Positions 1 through 11,640 are shown, counted from the stretch's first letter. The stretch is DNA of 64,000 bases from Mycobacteriales bacterium (GCA_035540755.1 DATLGD010000164.1:12-64011); one strand, 5' to 3'. A program made the numbers and translations. Notes: generated by a model from the letters alone, not told the origin.

Positions 1-65
1 CACCCCGTCCCACCCCGCCCGACGGCGAGCACGTCGCCCGGCACGAGATCCTTCAGGAGGTCGCT

Positions 66-719
66 GTGACCGAGGAGCCCGGGCACGAAGGCGGCACCGG
101 CACCGGCACCACGGCGGCCGGCACCACGGCGCCGGACGGCTCGGCCGGCGGCACCCGGGCGCCGCTCGGGCTGCAGGGGACCCTGTTCGACGACCTGCCC
201 GAGGCCGAGCGTCCCGGCGCCGCCCCGGAGGACGTCGGCTACCGCGGCCCCACGGCCTGCAGCGCAGCCGGCATCACCTACCGCCAGCTCGACTACTGGG
301 CTCGCACCGGCCTGGTCGAGCCGGGCGTCCGCGAGGCCTCCGGCTCCGGCACGCAGCGGCTCTACTCCTTCCGCGACATCCTCGTGCTGAAGATCGTCAA
401 GAAGCTGCTCGACGCCGGAATCAGCCTGCAGAACATCCGCACCGCCATCTCCAGCCTGCGCGACCGGGGCGTCGCCGACCTCGCCGAGATCACGCTCATG
501 AGCGACGGCGCCACCGTGTACGAGTGCACCTCCACCGACGAGGTCGTCGACCTGCTGCAGGGCGGGCAGGCGGTCTTCGCCATCGCTGTGGGGCGGCACG
601 TCCGCGACGTCGAGGGCTCGCTCGCCTCGCTCCCGGGGGAGCGGGCCCGCGCGGACGCCCCAGCGTCCGCCGAGAGCGACGAGCTCGCGACGCGCCGCCG
701 GCGGCGCACGACCGCCTGA
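66..719 (+). CDS. MerR-family transcriptional regulator
   Basis: 217-aa ORF with a Gly/Thr/Ala-rich N-terminal tail followed by a MerR-type HTH (ITYRQLDYWARTGLVEP...RLYSFRDILVLKIVKKLLDAGISLQNIR). AGGAGG lies just upstream of the GTG start. Its position 5' of gcvP matches other actinobacteria. Confidence 0.8.
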   Translation: MTEEPGHEGGTGTGTTAAGTTAPDGSAGGTRAPLGLQGTLFDDLPEAERPGAAPEDVGYRGPTACSAAGITYRQLDYWARTGLVEPGVREASGSGTQRLYSFRDILVLKIVKKLLDAGISLQNIRTAISSLRDRGVADLAEITLMSDGATVYECTSTDEVVDLLQGGQAVFAIAVGRHVRDVEGSLASLPGERARADAPASAESDELATRRRRRTTA

Positions 720-817
720 CGTCCGGCGCCGCCACGCCGGGCCCGGCACCGATCCCGTCGTCGCGCCGCGACCGGACCGGACGCGCACGCGCTGTTACGC
801 TGGCGAGGCTGACGACC

Positions 818-1022
818 CCCCGCGGGAGAGTCTCCGGGCAGCCAGTCCGGGGCGCCGAAGGAGCAACTCCTCCCCACCGAACCTCTCAGGCCACCGGACC
901 GCGAGGGTCAGGCGACTCTGGAAAGCGGCGGTGCCCGGCTCCGGTCGGACACCGCCCACCGACGGTGAAAGCCGCCCGCCCGGGGCGGTGAAGCTCTCAG
1001 GTCCCAGGACAGAGCGGGGAGG
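818..1022 (+). promoter_or_regulatory. Tandem glycine riboswitch in the gcvP leader
   Basis: Aptamer 1 (~818-905): GGGAGAGTCTCCGG...GGCGCCGAAGGAGCAACTCC...CTCTCAGGCCACCGGACCG. Aptamer 2 (~911-1022): CTCTGGAAAGCGG...CACCGACGGTGAAAGCC...GCTCTCAGGTCCCAGGACAGAGCGGGG. Both carry the conserved 5' GGAGAG/CUCUGGA element, the CGAAGG/GACGG-UGAAAG core and the 3' CUCAGG...GGAC element. The element lies directly upstream of glycine dehydrogenase. Confidence 0.8.
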
Positions 1023-1076
1023 GCAGCGGCACGCGTCCGCGTCGTCGCGCCGGCACCCGAGCCTGGAGCCCTCCGC

Positions 1077-3959
<2,883 letters not shown>

Positions 3960-4017
3960 TTCCTTCCCGGCTCGAGGGCCAGGTCGGGCTCGACCGGCTT
4001 CCTGCCGGCCGGAGCGG

Positions 4018-4263
4018 TCAGGCGGCGGAGGTGGTCTCGACCCGGCTCTCCTGCAGGGGCACCCACCGGCGGCACGACGGCCGGTGCGGCGCGACGGTGC
4101 GGCCGTCCGGCAGGATCTCGCCGGTGTCGTCGAACACCACGACCCCGTTGCACAGCAGGCTCCACCCCTGCTCGGGATGAGCGCTCACCACGCGGGCGGC
4201 GTCGTGGTCGGGCGCCGTGGCACCGGGGCAGGCCGGGCGGTGCTGGCAGACGGACTGGCACAT
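4018..4263 (-). CDS. DUF5999-family small protein
   Basis: 81-aa ORF carrying the remembered family signature CQHRPACPG...AHPEQGWSLLCNGVVVFDDTGEILPDGR..APHRP. Codon third positions are GC-rich in this frame. Confidence 0.6.
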   Translation of the reverse strand: MCQSVCQHRPACPGATAPDHDAARVVSAHPEQGWSLLCNGVVVFDDTGEILPDGRTVAPHRPSCRRWVPLQESRVETTSAA

Positions 4264-4470
4264 CGTCGTGCTCCCTGCAGAGGGTCAGGCGGTACGGGGC
4301 CCGGGGGGCCGGGTCGAGGGTCCAGGTGTTCCATTCTGCTCTTCGGACGCCTCCACCGCCCCCTGAACACCCGATCGTGGACAACCGGTGTCGCGCCGGG
4401 GGAGCCGCGGTGAGCCGGCCGGCCGCGGCACAGGGGACCCCGGGACCGCCCGGCCGCCCTCGGCAGTGGC

Positions 4471-5619
4471 GTGGCCCCCTCCGCGAGCTCGAGCGGTGGG
4501 AGTGGCGGCGTGCCGACGCCGGCGATCCCGCGGCCGCGCTCCAATCCTTCCTCGGCGAGCACGGCCTGCCCGGCGAGCAGCACGACGGCGGTGCTGCCCG
4601 GTCCGGACCGCTTCTCCGCCCGGTGCTCGCCGGGCAGCACCGCCGTCGTGCTGCTCGCCGGCGCCGACGGGTGCGCCGCGCTGGGGGGGCTGCCGCTCGG
4701 GGCCGGAACACCGGTCCCGGCGGTGCCCGACATCGTCGCGGTGGCCGTCCGGCGCGGCGACCCGCCCGCTCCGCGGCGCCGGGGGACCGTCGTCGCTGCG
4801 GACGTGGCCCTCCCGCCCGATGCCTGGCGCACGACCTGGTCGGACACCGAGCACGCCGCCGCCGTGGAACAGGTGCGGGGCGCGATCGAGCGGGGGGAGG
4901 TCTACCAGGCCAACGTCGTCGGGCACCGGTCGGCGCCGCACGCCGCCGAGCCGCTCGCGGTCGCCGGCGCGGTGGCCGGCCTGCCGGGTGCCCGCTACGC
5001 CGGCGTGCTCGCCGGTGCCGGCTGGGCGGTCGGCAGCGCCTCGCCCGAGCAGCTGCTGGCGGTCCGCGGACGCCGGATCACGACGGTGCCGGTCAAGGGC
5101 ACGCGCCCGGTCCGGCCCGGCGCGCTCGAGGAGCTGCGGGCCAGTCCCAAGGAGCGCGCGGAGCACGTGATGATCGTCGACCTGGAGCGCAACGACCTGT
5201 CCCGGGTCGCCACGACCGGCAGCGTCGACGTCGAGCGGCTCTACGAGGTCACCGAGTGGTCGGGCCTGTGGCACGCCGGATCGCGCGTCGCGGCCCGGCT
5301 GCGCGAGGACGTCGGCGTGATCGACGTGCTGCGCGCCCTGCTGCCCGGCGGATCGGTGACCGGTGCCCCCAAGCGCGCGGCGTGCGCGCTGCTGGGTGCC
5401 CTGGAGCCGGTCGGGCGCGGACCGGCGATGGGCGCCTTCGGAATGCTGTGGCCAGGTGGCGCGGACCTCGGCCTGACCATCCGCACGGTCGCGGCCGACG
5501 CCGACCGGGTGCACCTGTGGGCCGGCGGGGGAGTGACGTGGGGCAGCGACCCGGACGAGGAGGTCGCCGAGGCCCATGCCAAGGCGGGCCCGCTGGTGCG
5601 CCGGCTGGCCGGGGGGTGA
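4471..5619 (+). CDS. Chorismate-binding enzyme (aminodeoxychorismate / anthranilate synthase component I-like)
   Basis: Chorismate-binding domain motifs are present: GEVYQANV, PEQLL..RGRRITTVPVKGTRP, ERAEHVMIVDLERNDLSRV, PGGSVTGAPKRAA, GGGVTWGSDPDEE. The N-terminus and start codon are uncertain. Confidence 0.7.
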   Translation: MAPSASSSGGSGGVPTPAIPRPRSNPSSASTACPASSTTAVLPGPDRFSARCSPGSTAVVLLAGADGCAALGGLPLGAGTPVPAVPDIVAVAVRRGDPPAPRRRGTVVAADVALPPDAWRTTWSDTEHAAAVEQVRGAIERGEVYQANVVGHRSAPHAAEPLAVAGAVAGLPGARYAGVLAGAGWAVGSASPEQLLAVRGRRITTVPVKGTRPVRPGALEELRASPKERAEHVMIVDLERNDLSRVATTGSVDVERLYEVTEWSGLWHAGSRVAARLREDVGVIDVLRALLPGGSVTGAPKRAACALLGALEPVGRGPAMGAFGMLWPGGADLGLTIRTVAADADRVHLWAGGGVTWGSDPDEEVAEAHAKAGPLVRRLAGG

Positions 5620-5623
5620 GGGC

Positions 5624-6139
5624 TCAGGTGCGGCCGTCGTCCTCCTGGGCGACCTGCAGGGAGAGCTGCTCGTCCGCGGCCGCGGCCATCCAGGTGGCCC
5701 GGAGCACCCGCCACCCGTCGCGCTCGTAGGCGTCGCAGACCTGCGCGTCGTCGTCGACGACCACCGCGACCGTCCTGCCTCGCGCGAGCCGGCGCAGCAG
5801 CTGCGGCTTGGCGATCCTCGCCGGCCGCCGGTCGCCGTGCGCGCGCATCGCCAGCGTGCCGTCCGGCAGCCCGTGGCGGCGGAACCAGTCGAGCGTGTCG
5901 GCACGGGACCGCTCCGGCCGTCCCGTGACGTAGACGACCTCGCAGTCCTCGGCGCTGGCGACGGCGAGCGCGACGCCCTCGCGCAGCGGCGGGTCGTCGA
6001 CCGCGGCGGCGAAGAAGCCGTCCCAGTCCTTGGGACGCCGCTCGACGTGGTGCAGCCGGTGCCGGACGTCGGCGAGCACGCCGTCGACGTCGAACACGGC
6101 GAGCGGCCGGAAGTCCCGGTCCGACGTGGGCGGTGTCAC
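5624..6139 (-). CDS. HAD-superfamily phosphatase-like protein
   Basis: 171-aa ORF with an N-terminal DxDxV motif (LAVFDVDGVLAD), then VVYVTGRPE and a C-terminal acidic motif (VVDDD). Confidence 0.65.
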   Translation of the reverse strand: MTPPTSDRDFRPLAVFDVDGVLADVRHRLHHVERRPKDWDGFFAAAVDDPPLREGVALAVASAEDCEVVYVTGRPERSRADTLDWFRRHGLPDGTLAMRAHGDRRPARIAKPQLLRRLARGRTVAVVVDDDAQVCDAYERDGWRVLRATWMAAAADEQLSLQVAQEDDGRT

Positions 6140-6216
6140 CCCGCGACCCTAGGGCGGCGGCGCGGCCGTCGACCGTAGGGTCGTGCCGGTCCGCACGACC
6201 GACGGTGAGGGGACCC

Positions 6217-6741
6217 GTGCACCTGCAGATCGAGCACCAGCCGGTGCTCGACGCCGCCCTGCGCGCCGAGCTGATCGGGATCTGGGTGGACGCCACCAAC
6301 GCCGGCGGGGCGCTCGGGCTGGTGGCGCCCACGAACCGGCAGGCGGCAGAAGCGCTGGCCGCGCCGACCTGGACGCGGGTCGAGGCGGGTCACGACGACC
6401 TGGTGCTGGGCCGCCGCGACGGGCGGGTGGTCGGCTGGTGCGTCCTCGAGAGCCGCGGCAACCCGCTGAGCCCGCACTGGCGCTCGCTCAAGCGCCTGCA
6501 GGTGCACCCCGACGTGCAGGGTCAGGGCCTGGGGCGGGCGCTGCTGGCCGGCGCCGAGGACGTGGCCCGCCGGCTCGGCCTGACGGCGGTGCACCTGACC
6601 GTCCGCGGCGGCACGGGCACCGAGTCGTTCTACACGGGGCTCGGGTACCGCGAGGTCGGCCGGCTGCCCGGGGCGCTGCGCCTGGCCGACGGTGACGACC
6701 GGGACGAGATCCACATGTGGCGCGACCTCGGCGCGGGCTGA
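6217..6741 (+). CDS. GNAT-family N-acetyltransferase
   Basis: Acetyl-CoA binding motif RLQVHPDVQGQGLGRALL and a C-terminal YTGLGYREVGR. A GTG start at 6217 preceded by GGTGAGGGGA was chosen to avoid overlap with the convergent HAD gene; the track ORF starts at 6133. Confidence 0.75.
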   Translation: MHLQIEHQPVLDAALRAELIGIWVDATNAGGALGLVAPTNRQAAEALAAPTWTRVEAGHDDLVLGRRDGRVVGWCVLESRGNPLSPHWRSLKRLQVHPDVQGQGLGRALLAGAEDVARRLGLTAVHLTVRGGTGTESFYTGLGYREVGRLPGALRLADGDDRDEIHMWRDLGAG

Positions 6742-6836
6742 CAGGCGCGGCTCCTCCGCCCGTCTGACATAATGTCGATTATCGGCGATACGGCCCGGGA
6801 GCGGGGAAGAGGCCGGAAGGCGGCGCCCCGCGCCGG

Positions 6837-7391
6837 TCACAACGCGCTGAGCAGCAGGAGCACGCCGAGGACCGCCAGCAGCGCCGCCGTGCCGCGGCGC
6901 ACGGCGGCCACGGGCAGCCGGCGGAACAGCCGGACGCCGACGAGCACCGCCAGCGCGTCGGCCGCCACGAACCCGGCCGTGCCGCCCAGCCAGACGAGCA
7001 CCGGCTGCTGCTTCGCCGCCAGAGCGGCCGTGGCGATCATGGTCTTGTCGCCGAGCTCCGCGGCCAGCAGGGTGACGAAGGCCAGCAGCACCGTCGAGCG
7101 CACCCGCCGGGGCGTCGAGACGTCCGAGTCGTCCGAGGACCGCAGGACCATGCCTGCCGCGAGGAGGAACCCCAGGCCCGCGACGACGGCCACGGCCGTG
7201 ACCGGGACCGCGGTCGCGACAGCGGCCCCCACGCCGGCGGACAGCCCCTGGAGCACCAGCGCGGCGAAGAACAGGCCGAGAAGCACCTTGCCGGCCGGGC
7301 GGCGGGCCGTGAGGCTCAGCGCGACGAGCTGGCTCTTGTCGCCCAGCTCGGCCAGGAAGACCACGCCGAAGGCGAGCGCGAGCGTCGACAT
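6837..7391 (-). CDS. TMEM165/GDT1 (UPF0016) family cation (Mn2+/Ca2+) transporter
   Basis: Two copies of the E-x-G-D-K-(S/T) signature (FLAELGDKSQL and LAAELGDKTMI) in a hydrophobic protein. The ATG at 7391 follows the riboswitch and a GGGAGAGG Shine-Dalgarno; the track ORF extends upstream to 7523. Confidence 0.85.
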   Translation of the reverse strand: MSTLALAFGVVFLAELGDKSQLVALSLTARRPAGKVLLGLFFAALVLQGLSAGVGAAVATAVPVTAVAVVAGLGFLLAAGMVLRSSDDSDVSTPRRVRSTVLLAFVTLLAAELGDKTMIATAALAAKQQPVLVWLGGTAGFVAADALAVLVGVRLFRRLPVAAVRRGTAALLAVLGVLLLLSAL

Positions 7392-7399
7392 GAGGACCT

Positions 7400-7560
7400 C
7401 TCCCGCACCGGGCGGAGGTCGGCGGACACCTCGGCCCGGTGCGTCGTGCACCGGCGCCGAAGGTCTCGCCCGCCCGCCTCGAGAGGCGGACCCGGCTGAC
7501 CGGGGGCCATCGGACCCCAGCATGTCGACCAGCCGATAGGGGGGCTACTCCCCTTCGTCG
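7400..7560 (-). promoter_or_regulatory. yybP-ykoY (Mn2+) riboswitch candidate
   Basis: The minus-strand leader reads ...GAAGGGGAGTAGCCCCCC...GTCGACATGCTGGGG...GGGCGAGACCTTCGGCGCC... It contains the conserved GGGGAGUAG 5' element, an ACAU(G/A) element and the 3' GAGACCUU element. A CCGGTGC-ACGAC-GCACCGG hairpin and the SD follow. The downstream gene is a GDT1 family member, a known partner of this riboswitch class. Confidence 0.65.
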
Positions 7561-7616
7561 AACGTCGAACAGGCTAGCCGACGGACCGACGGACCGACGG
7601 AGCCCGGGCGATCGGC

Positions 7617-8111
7617 TCAGCGGCGGTCCGCCAGCGCCGCGGTCTGCACCGCCGCGGCGGTGGTCGCCACGGCCGCCAGCCCGACGCCAGGGACGGCGTC
7701 GACCCGGCCGCGACCGAGGGCGCCCGCGACCGCGAGCGCGTCGACGGCGTCCGACAGCAGTCCCGCGGCCAGCCACAGTCGCGTCGCCCGGTCGTCACCG
7801 CGGCGCAGCGCGATCCACGCTCCGGCCCCCAGGGCCACCTCGCGCGCCCCGAGCATCTGCACCACCCAGCCGGTGCGCTCGGCCGAGAGCCGGTCGACCC
7901 CGAGCACGCGCGGCACGAGCGTGGGGCGCACGAGCATCGTCACCCCGACGCCGGTGCGCCCCTGCGCCAGCCGCAGCGGAGTCAGGTAGCGCCCGGCGCG
8001 CCGCCCCAGCCGCGTGGTCAGGCGGGCGCTCAAGGCGGCGGCCGAGCCGGCCGATGCCTGCAGGTGGTCCCCTGCTCGGTCGCGCGATGAGAGTCGGGTG
8101 AGCAACGTCAC
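7617..8111 (-). CDS. Hypothetical protein (hydrophobic C-terminal half)
   Basis: 164-aa reading frame starting at a GTG (VTLLTRLSS...) with high GC3. I recognise no family. The 5' part of the 309-aa track ORF overlaps rbpA antisense and was trimmed. Confidence 0.45.
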   Translation of the reverse strand: MTLLTRLSSRDRAGDHLQASAGSAAALSARLTTRLGRRAGRYLTPLRLAQGRTGVGVTMLVRPTLVPRVLGVDRLSAERTGWVVQMLGAREVALGAGAWIALRRGDDRATRLWLAAGLLSDAVDALAVAGALGRGRVDAVPGVGLAAVATTAAAVQTAALADRR

Positions 8112-8219
8112 GGCGGTGGGCTCCTTCCGGGCGCCGGGAGGGTGTCCCTCGCGGCATCGCGGGAATCCTTGCAGCAACTCGTCCGTTGGACTCGGCGACA
8201 CCTGACCCCGGAGGCATCC

Positions 8220-8618
8220 ATGAGCGACCGCGTCCTGCGAGGCACCCGCCTCGGAGCGGTGAGCTACGAGAGCGACCGGCACACCGAGTTCGCCCCTCGA
8301 CTGCGCACCGTGTACGACTGCCCCGAGGGGCACGAGACCGCCATGCCGTTCGCGGCCGAGGCCGACATCCCGCCCACCTGGGAGTGCAGGGTCTGCGGTG
8401 CGACAGCGCTGCAGCGCGACGGCGAGCAGCCCGAGCCGAAGAAGGGCAAGCCGGCCCGCACGCACTGGGACATGCTGCTCGAGCGGCGCTCGCCCGCCGA
8501 GCTCGAGGAGGTCCTGGCCGAGCGCCTGGCCGTCCTGCACGAGCACCAGGGCAAGGTCAAGGCGGCCCTCAAGGCCGACCGCGCCGCTGACCGGGCCGCG
8601 GGCAAGAAGAGCGCCTGA
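8220..8618 (+). CDS. rbpA: RNA polymerase-binding protein RbpA
   Basis: MSDRVLRGTRLGAVSYESDR...YDCPEGHE....PPTWECRVCG...KPARTHWDMLLERRS..ELEE.L.ERL closely matches the RbpA core. A GGAGG lies upstream of the ATG at 8220. Confidence 0.9.
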   Translation: MSDRVLRGTRLGAVSYESDRHTEFAPRLRTVYDCPEGHETAMPFAAEADIPPTWECRVCGATALQRDGEQPEPKKGKPARTHWDMLLERRSPAELEEVLAERLAVLHEHQGKVKAALKADRAADRAAGKKSA

Positions 8619-8635
8619 CGATCCCCCCGCATACG

Positions 8636-8666
8636 AGAGCCCCGTCCCCGCCGGACGGGGCTCTCG
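8636..8666. terminator. Bidirectional stem-loop between the convergent rbpA and fxsA genes
   Basis: Perfect 13-bp stem GAGAGCCCCGTCC / GGACGGGGCTCTC with a 5-nt loop (CCGCC), 18 nt after the rbpA stop. There is no U-tract, which is common in high-GC actinobacteria. Confidence 0.55.
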
Positions 8667-8732
8667 CGCGTTCGGGGCAGGGTGGTGCGTGGGCGCTCCC
8701 CAGCCGATGGCGGGTGATCCAGCGTCCGTCCC

Positions 8733-9275
8733 TCAGGTGTGTCGCGGCGGTTCGTCTCCGCGGCGCCGGTCCTCCGAGCCGTCGACCACCGAGCCGTCCA
8801 CCACCGAGCCGTCCACGACGGGCCCTGCCCGGTGCGCGGCGCTCCGCGCGCCGGCGCCGCGGCGGCGGGCCGCCAGCCGGTCGGCGGCGAAGGCGCCGGC
8901 CATGCCCGCCGGACCGAACCGGCGGACCGCGACGGCCATGAGCGCCTTGCGCACCACGGCGCGCGACCCCGGCAGCACGCAGGCCAGCCCGACGAGGTCG
9001 GTGGCGAAGCCGGGCGTGAGCAGCAGTGCTCCCCCGAAGATCACCAGGGCGCCGTCGGCGACCTCGGACGCCGGGACGGACCCCCGCCCCAGCGCGGCGC
9101 GGAAGGCCCGCCAGGTGCGGGTCCCCTCCCGCTTGAGCAGCACGCCGCCGAGCACGGACATGCCGACGAGCAGCGCCAGCGTGGGCAGGGTGCCGAGCCA
9201 CTGCCCCACCTGGATGAGCAGCGCGATCTCGACGAGCGGCACGACGACCAGCGCCGCGACGAGGACGGGGAGCAT
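8733..9275 (-). CDS. fxsA: FxsA-family membrane protein
   Basis: 180-aa protein: MLPVLVAALVVVPLVEIALLIQVGQWLG...GGALLLTPGFATDLVG. The C-terminal tail carries a VVDGS x3 repeat. The start codon shares one nucleotide with the ppm1 stop (TGATG). Confidence 0.85.
   Translation of the reverse strand: MLPVLVAALVVVPLVEIALLIQVGQWLGTLPTLALLVGMSVLGGVLLKREGTRTWRAFRAALGRGSVPASEVADGALVIFGGALLLTPGFATDLVGLACVLPGSRAVVRKALMAVAVRRFGPAGMAGAFAADRLAARRRGAGARSAAHRAGPVVDGSVVDGSVVDGSEDRRRGDEPPRHT
8776..8820 (-). repeat. 15-bp tandem repeat x3 inside the fxsA 3' end
   Basis: GAGCCGTCGACCACC / GAGCCGTCCACCACC / GAGCCGTCCACGACG on the plus strand, encoding (G)SVVDGSVVDGSVVDG. Confidence 0.8.
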
Positions 9276-10045
9276 CAGCGGCCTCCGGTGCTCGGACTGT
9301 CGATCGGGCGTGCCGCACGCCGGTGGGAGCGGCCGGTCGAGACGCCCCACCAGGTGACCCGCCAGAGCGCCTCGAGGACGATGGCGCGGCTCATCTTGGA
9401 CTCCCCGCGCACCCGCTCGACGAACGTGATCGGCACCTCGACGACGCGGCAGCCCGCGCGCCAGGCCTGCCAGGCGAGGTCGACCTGGAAGCAGTACCCC
9501 TGCGAGGCGACCTCGTCGAGCGGCAGGTGGTCGAGCACGGGGCGCCGGTAGGCGCGGTACCCGCCGGTGGCGTCGCGCAGCGGCAGCCCGAGCATGGTGC
9601 GCGTCCACCAGTTCCCACCCCGGGACAGGAGCTCGCGCGACCGCGGCCAGTTCACGACCCGTCCGCCGTCGACCCACCGGCTGCCGAGCACGACGTCGGC
9701 GTCGACGAGGGCGTCCAGCAGCCGCGGCAGCTCCTCCGGTGCGTGCGAGCCGTCGGCGTCCATCTCGACGACGACGTCGTAGCCGTGCTCGCGGGCCCAG
9801 CGGAACCCGGCGGTGTACGCGGCACCCAGACCGGCCTTCTCGGTGCGGTGCAGGACGTGGGCCCACTCGTGGGCGGCGGCCAGCCGGCCGGCGATCGCGC
9901 CGGTGCCGTCGGGGCTGCTGTCGTCGACGACGAGCAGGTCGGCGTCCGGTACGGCGGCGTGCAGCCGCTCGGCGATCGGCTCGACGTTCTCGGCCTCGTT
10001 GAAGGTGGGGACGACGACGAGAACGCGGCCCAGGGGCGCGCTCAT
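9275..10045 (-). CDS. ppm1: Polyprenol-phosphate mannosyltransferase (GT2, DPM1-like catalytic subunit)
   Basis: 256 aa with VVVPTFNEAENV, LLVVDDSSPDGT, VVVEMDADGSH, DATGGYRAYRR. An ATGA overlap joins it to the upstream lnt gene. The rbpA-fxsA-ppm1/lnt order resembles Mtb Rv2050-Rv2053c. Confidence 0.88.
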   Translation of the reverse strand: MSAPLGRVLVVVPTFNEAENVEPIAERLHAAVPDADLLVVDDSSPDGTGAIAGRLAAAHEWAHVLHRTEKAGLGAAYTAGFRWAREHGYDVVVEMDADGSHAPEELPRLLDALVDADVVLGSRWVDGGRVVNWPRSRELLSRGGNWWTRTMLGLPLRDATGGYRAYRRPVLDHLPLDEVASQGYCFQVDLAWQAWRAGCRVVEVPITFVERVRGESKMSRAIVLEALWRVTWWGVSTGRSHRRAARPIDSPSTGGR

Positions 10046-11640
10046 GCCCGGGTCCCCGCCCGGCGCCTGCCCAGGACCACGCCGGCGACGGCGAGCAGGA
10101 CGAGCAGGAGCTCGGGGACGACGCCGAGCCGGGTCGCCGGCGTCCGGGCGTCTCGCAGCGGCACCGACGTCACGGACACGTCCTGCGTGAACACCTGGGT
10201 CCGGTGGGACACGGTCCCGTCCGGCTGGATGACCGCGCTGACCCCGCTGGTGGCCGACACCACGACCGCGCGGCCGTGCTCGACCGCGCGCAGCCGGCTC
10301 ATGGCCAGCTGCTGCTCGGTCTGCGGGCTGCGCCCGAAGGTCGCGTTGTTGGTCTGCACGACCAGGAGCCGGCCGCCTTCGCGGACGGTGTCGCGCACCA
10401 GCGCGTCGTAGGCGACCTCGAAGCAGATGACGTCGCCGAGCCGGGCCGGCCCGACGTCGAGCACCCCCACGGTCTCCCCCGCGGCGAAGTCGCGGGGGAC
10501 GAGGTCGACCTGGCTGCTGACCCTGCGGGCCAGGGAGCGGAGCGGGATGTACTCGCCGAACGGCACCGGGTGGCGCTTGACGTACCGGTCCCCCGGGCCG
10601 GCCTCGGGGTCCCAGACGATGCCGGTGTTGCTGATCTTGTCGCCCGGCCCGTCGAGGACTGCGCCGACCAGCACGGGGACGCCGATGTCGCGCACCGCCG
10701 CGTCGATGGCAGCGAACGCGGTCGGGTCGGCGAAGGGGTCGATGTCGGAGCTGTTCTCCGGCCAGACGACCAGGTCGGGCTGCTCGGCCCGGCCGGCGCG
10801 GACGTCGGCGGCCAGCCCGCGGGTCGCCTCGACGTGGTTGGTGAGCACGGCGGCGCGCTGGGCGTTGAAGTCCAGGCCCAGCCGGGGCACGTTGCCCTGC
10901 ACGACGGCGACGGCCACCTGCTCGTCGTCGGCACCGCTGCGGACGGCGAGGGGGACGGCGGCCAGCGCCGGAAGCGCCACGGCGGCCGCGAGGCCGGCGG
11001 CCGTCAGCGCCGTGCGCCGGCTGCGGTCGAGCGCGACGAGGGCGAGCACGCCGCCGAGGGCCGCCACCCCCGCCGTGACCAGCGGGGCTCCCCCGAGCGC
11101 GGCCAGCGGGGTGAGCGGGGTGTCGGCCTGGCTGAAGGCCAGCCGCCCCCAGGGGAAGCCGCCGAACGGCAGTCGGGAGCGCAGCGCCTCCTGGGCCACC
11201 CACGCGCCGGCGACCCACAGCGGTGCCGCGGGCAGCCTGAGCAGGGTGGGCAGCGCGGCTCCGAGCGGCACGACGAACGCCGCCTGCGACAGCGCCAGCA
11301 GCAGCCACGGCACCGGCCCGACCTCGAGGCCCGACCAGCGCAGGAGCGGGACGAAGAAGGCGAGGCCGGCGAGCAGCCCGAGCAGCGCTCCTCGCCGCGC
11401 CGTGCCGCCGTGGCAGGCGACGGCCAGCAGGGCCACGCCGAGCGGGGCGACCGCCCACCACCCGAGCGGTGGGAACGCGGCGTAGAGCGACAGGCCGGCG
11501 GCGACCGCGAGCAGTGCCTGGCTCCAGGCCGAGCGGTCGCGGGCGCCCGCCGTCGGCGCGGGAGCGGCGCCGTCCGGAGCGGGCCCGCCGGCGCCGACGG
11601 CGACAGAGGTCGCTGAGCGCAGGGCGACGGGACGGTCCAC
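10042..11640 (-). CDS. lnt: Apolipoprotein N-acyltransferase
   Basis: 532 aa with a polytopic N-terminal region and a CN-hydrolase domain (VAVVQGNVP, VVWPENS, ICFEVAYD). It is translationally coupled to ppm1. Confidence 0.9.
   Translation of the reverse strand: MDRPVALRSATSVAVGAGGPAPDGAAPAPTAGARDRSAWSQALLAVAAGLSLYAAFPPLGWWAVAPLGVALLAVACHGGTARRGALLGLLAGLAFFVPLLRWSGLEVGPVPWLLLALSQAAFVVPLGAALPTLLRLPAAPLWVAGAWVAQEALRSRLPFGGFPWGRLAFSQADTPLTPLAALGGAPLVTAGVAALGGVLALVALDRSRRTALTAAGLAAAVALPALAAVPLAVRSGADDEQVAVAVVQGNVPRLGLDFNAQRAAVLTNHVEATRGLAADVRAGRAEQPDLVVWPENSSDIDPFADPTAFAAIDAAVRDIGVPVLVGAVLDGPGDKISNTGIVWDPEAGPGDRYVKRHPVPFGEYIPLRSLARRVSSQVDLVPRDFAAGETVGVLDVGPARLGDVICFEVAYDALVRDTVREGGRLLVVQTNNATFGRSPQTEQQLAMSRLRAVEHGRAVVVSATSGVSAVIQPDGTVSHRTQVFTQDVSVTSVPLRDARTPATRLGVVPELLLVLLAVAGVVLGRRRAGTRA

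Noticed and set aside
4285-5904. 539-aa minus-strand ORF and several 200-470-aa plus-strand ORFs overlapping the chorismate-binding gene region
   Set aside because: Only the 4471-5619 frame contains chorismate-binding enzyme motifs. The others are Arg/Pro/Gly-rich alternative frames.
8776-8820. Short tandem repeats (here and at 57128-57210) as possible CRISPR or minisatellite arrays
   Set aside because: Both lie inside well-supported coding frames. The units are contiguous with no spacers and encode low-complexity peptide repeats. No cas genes are present in the window.
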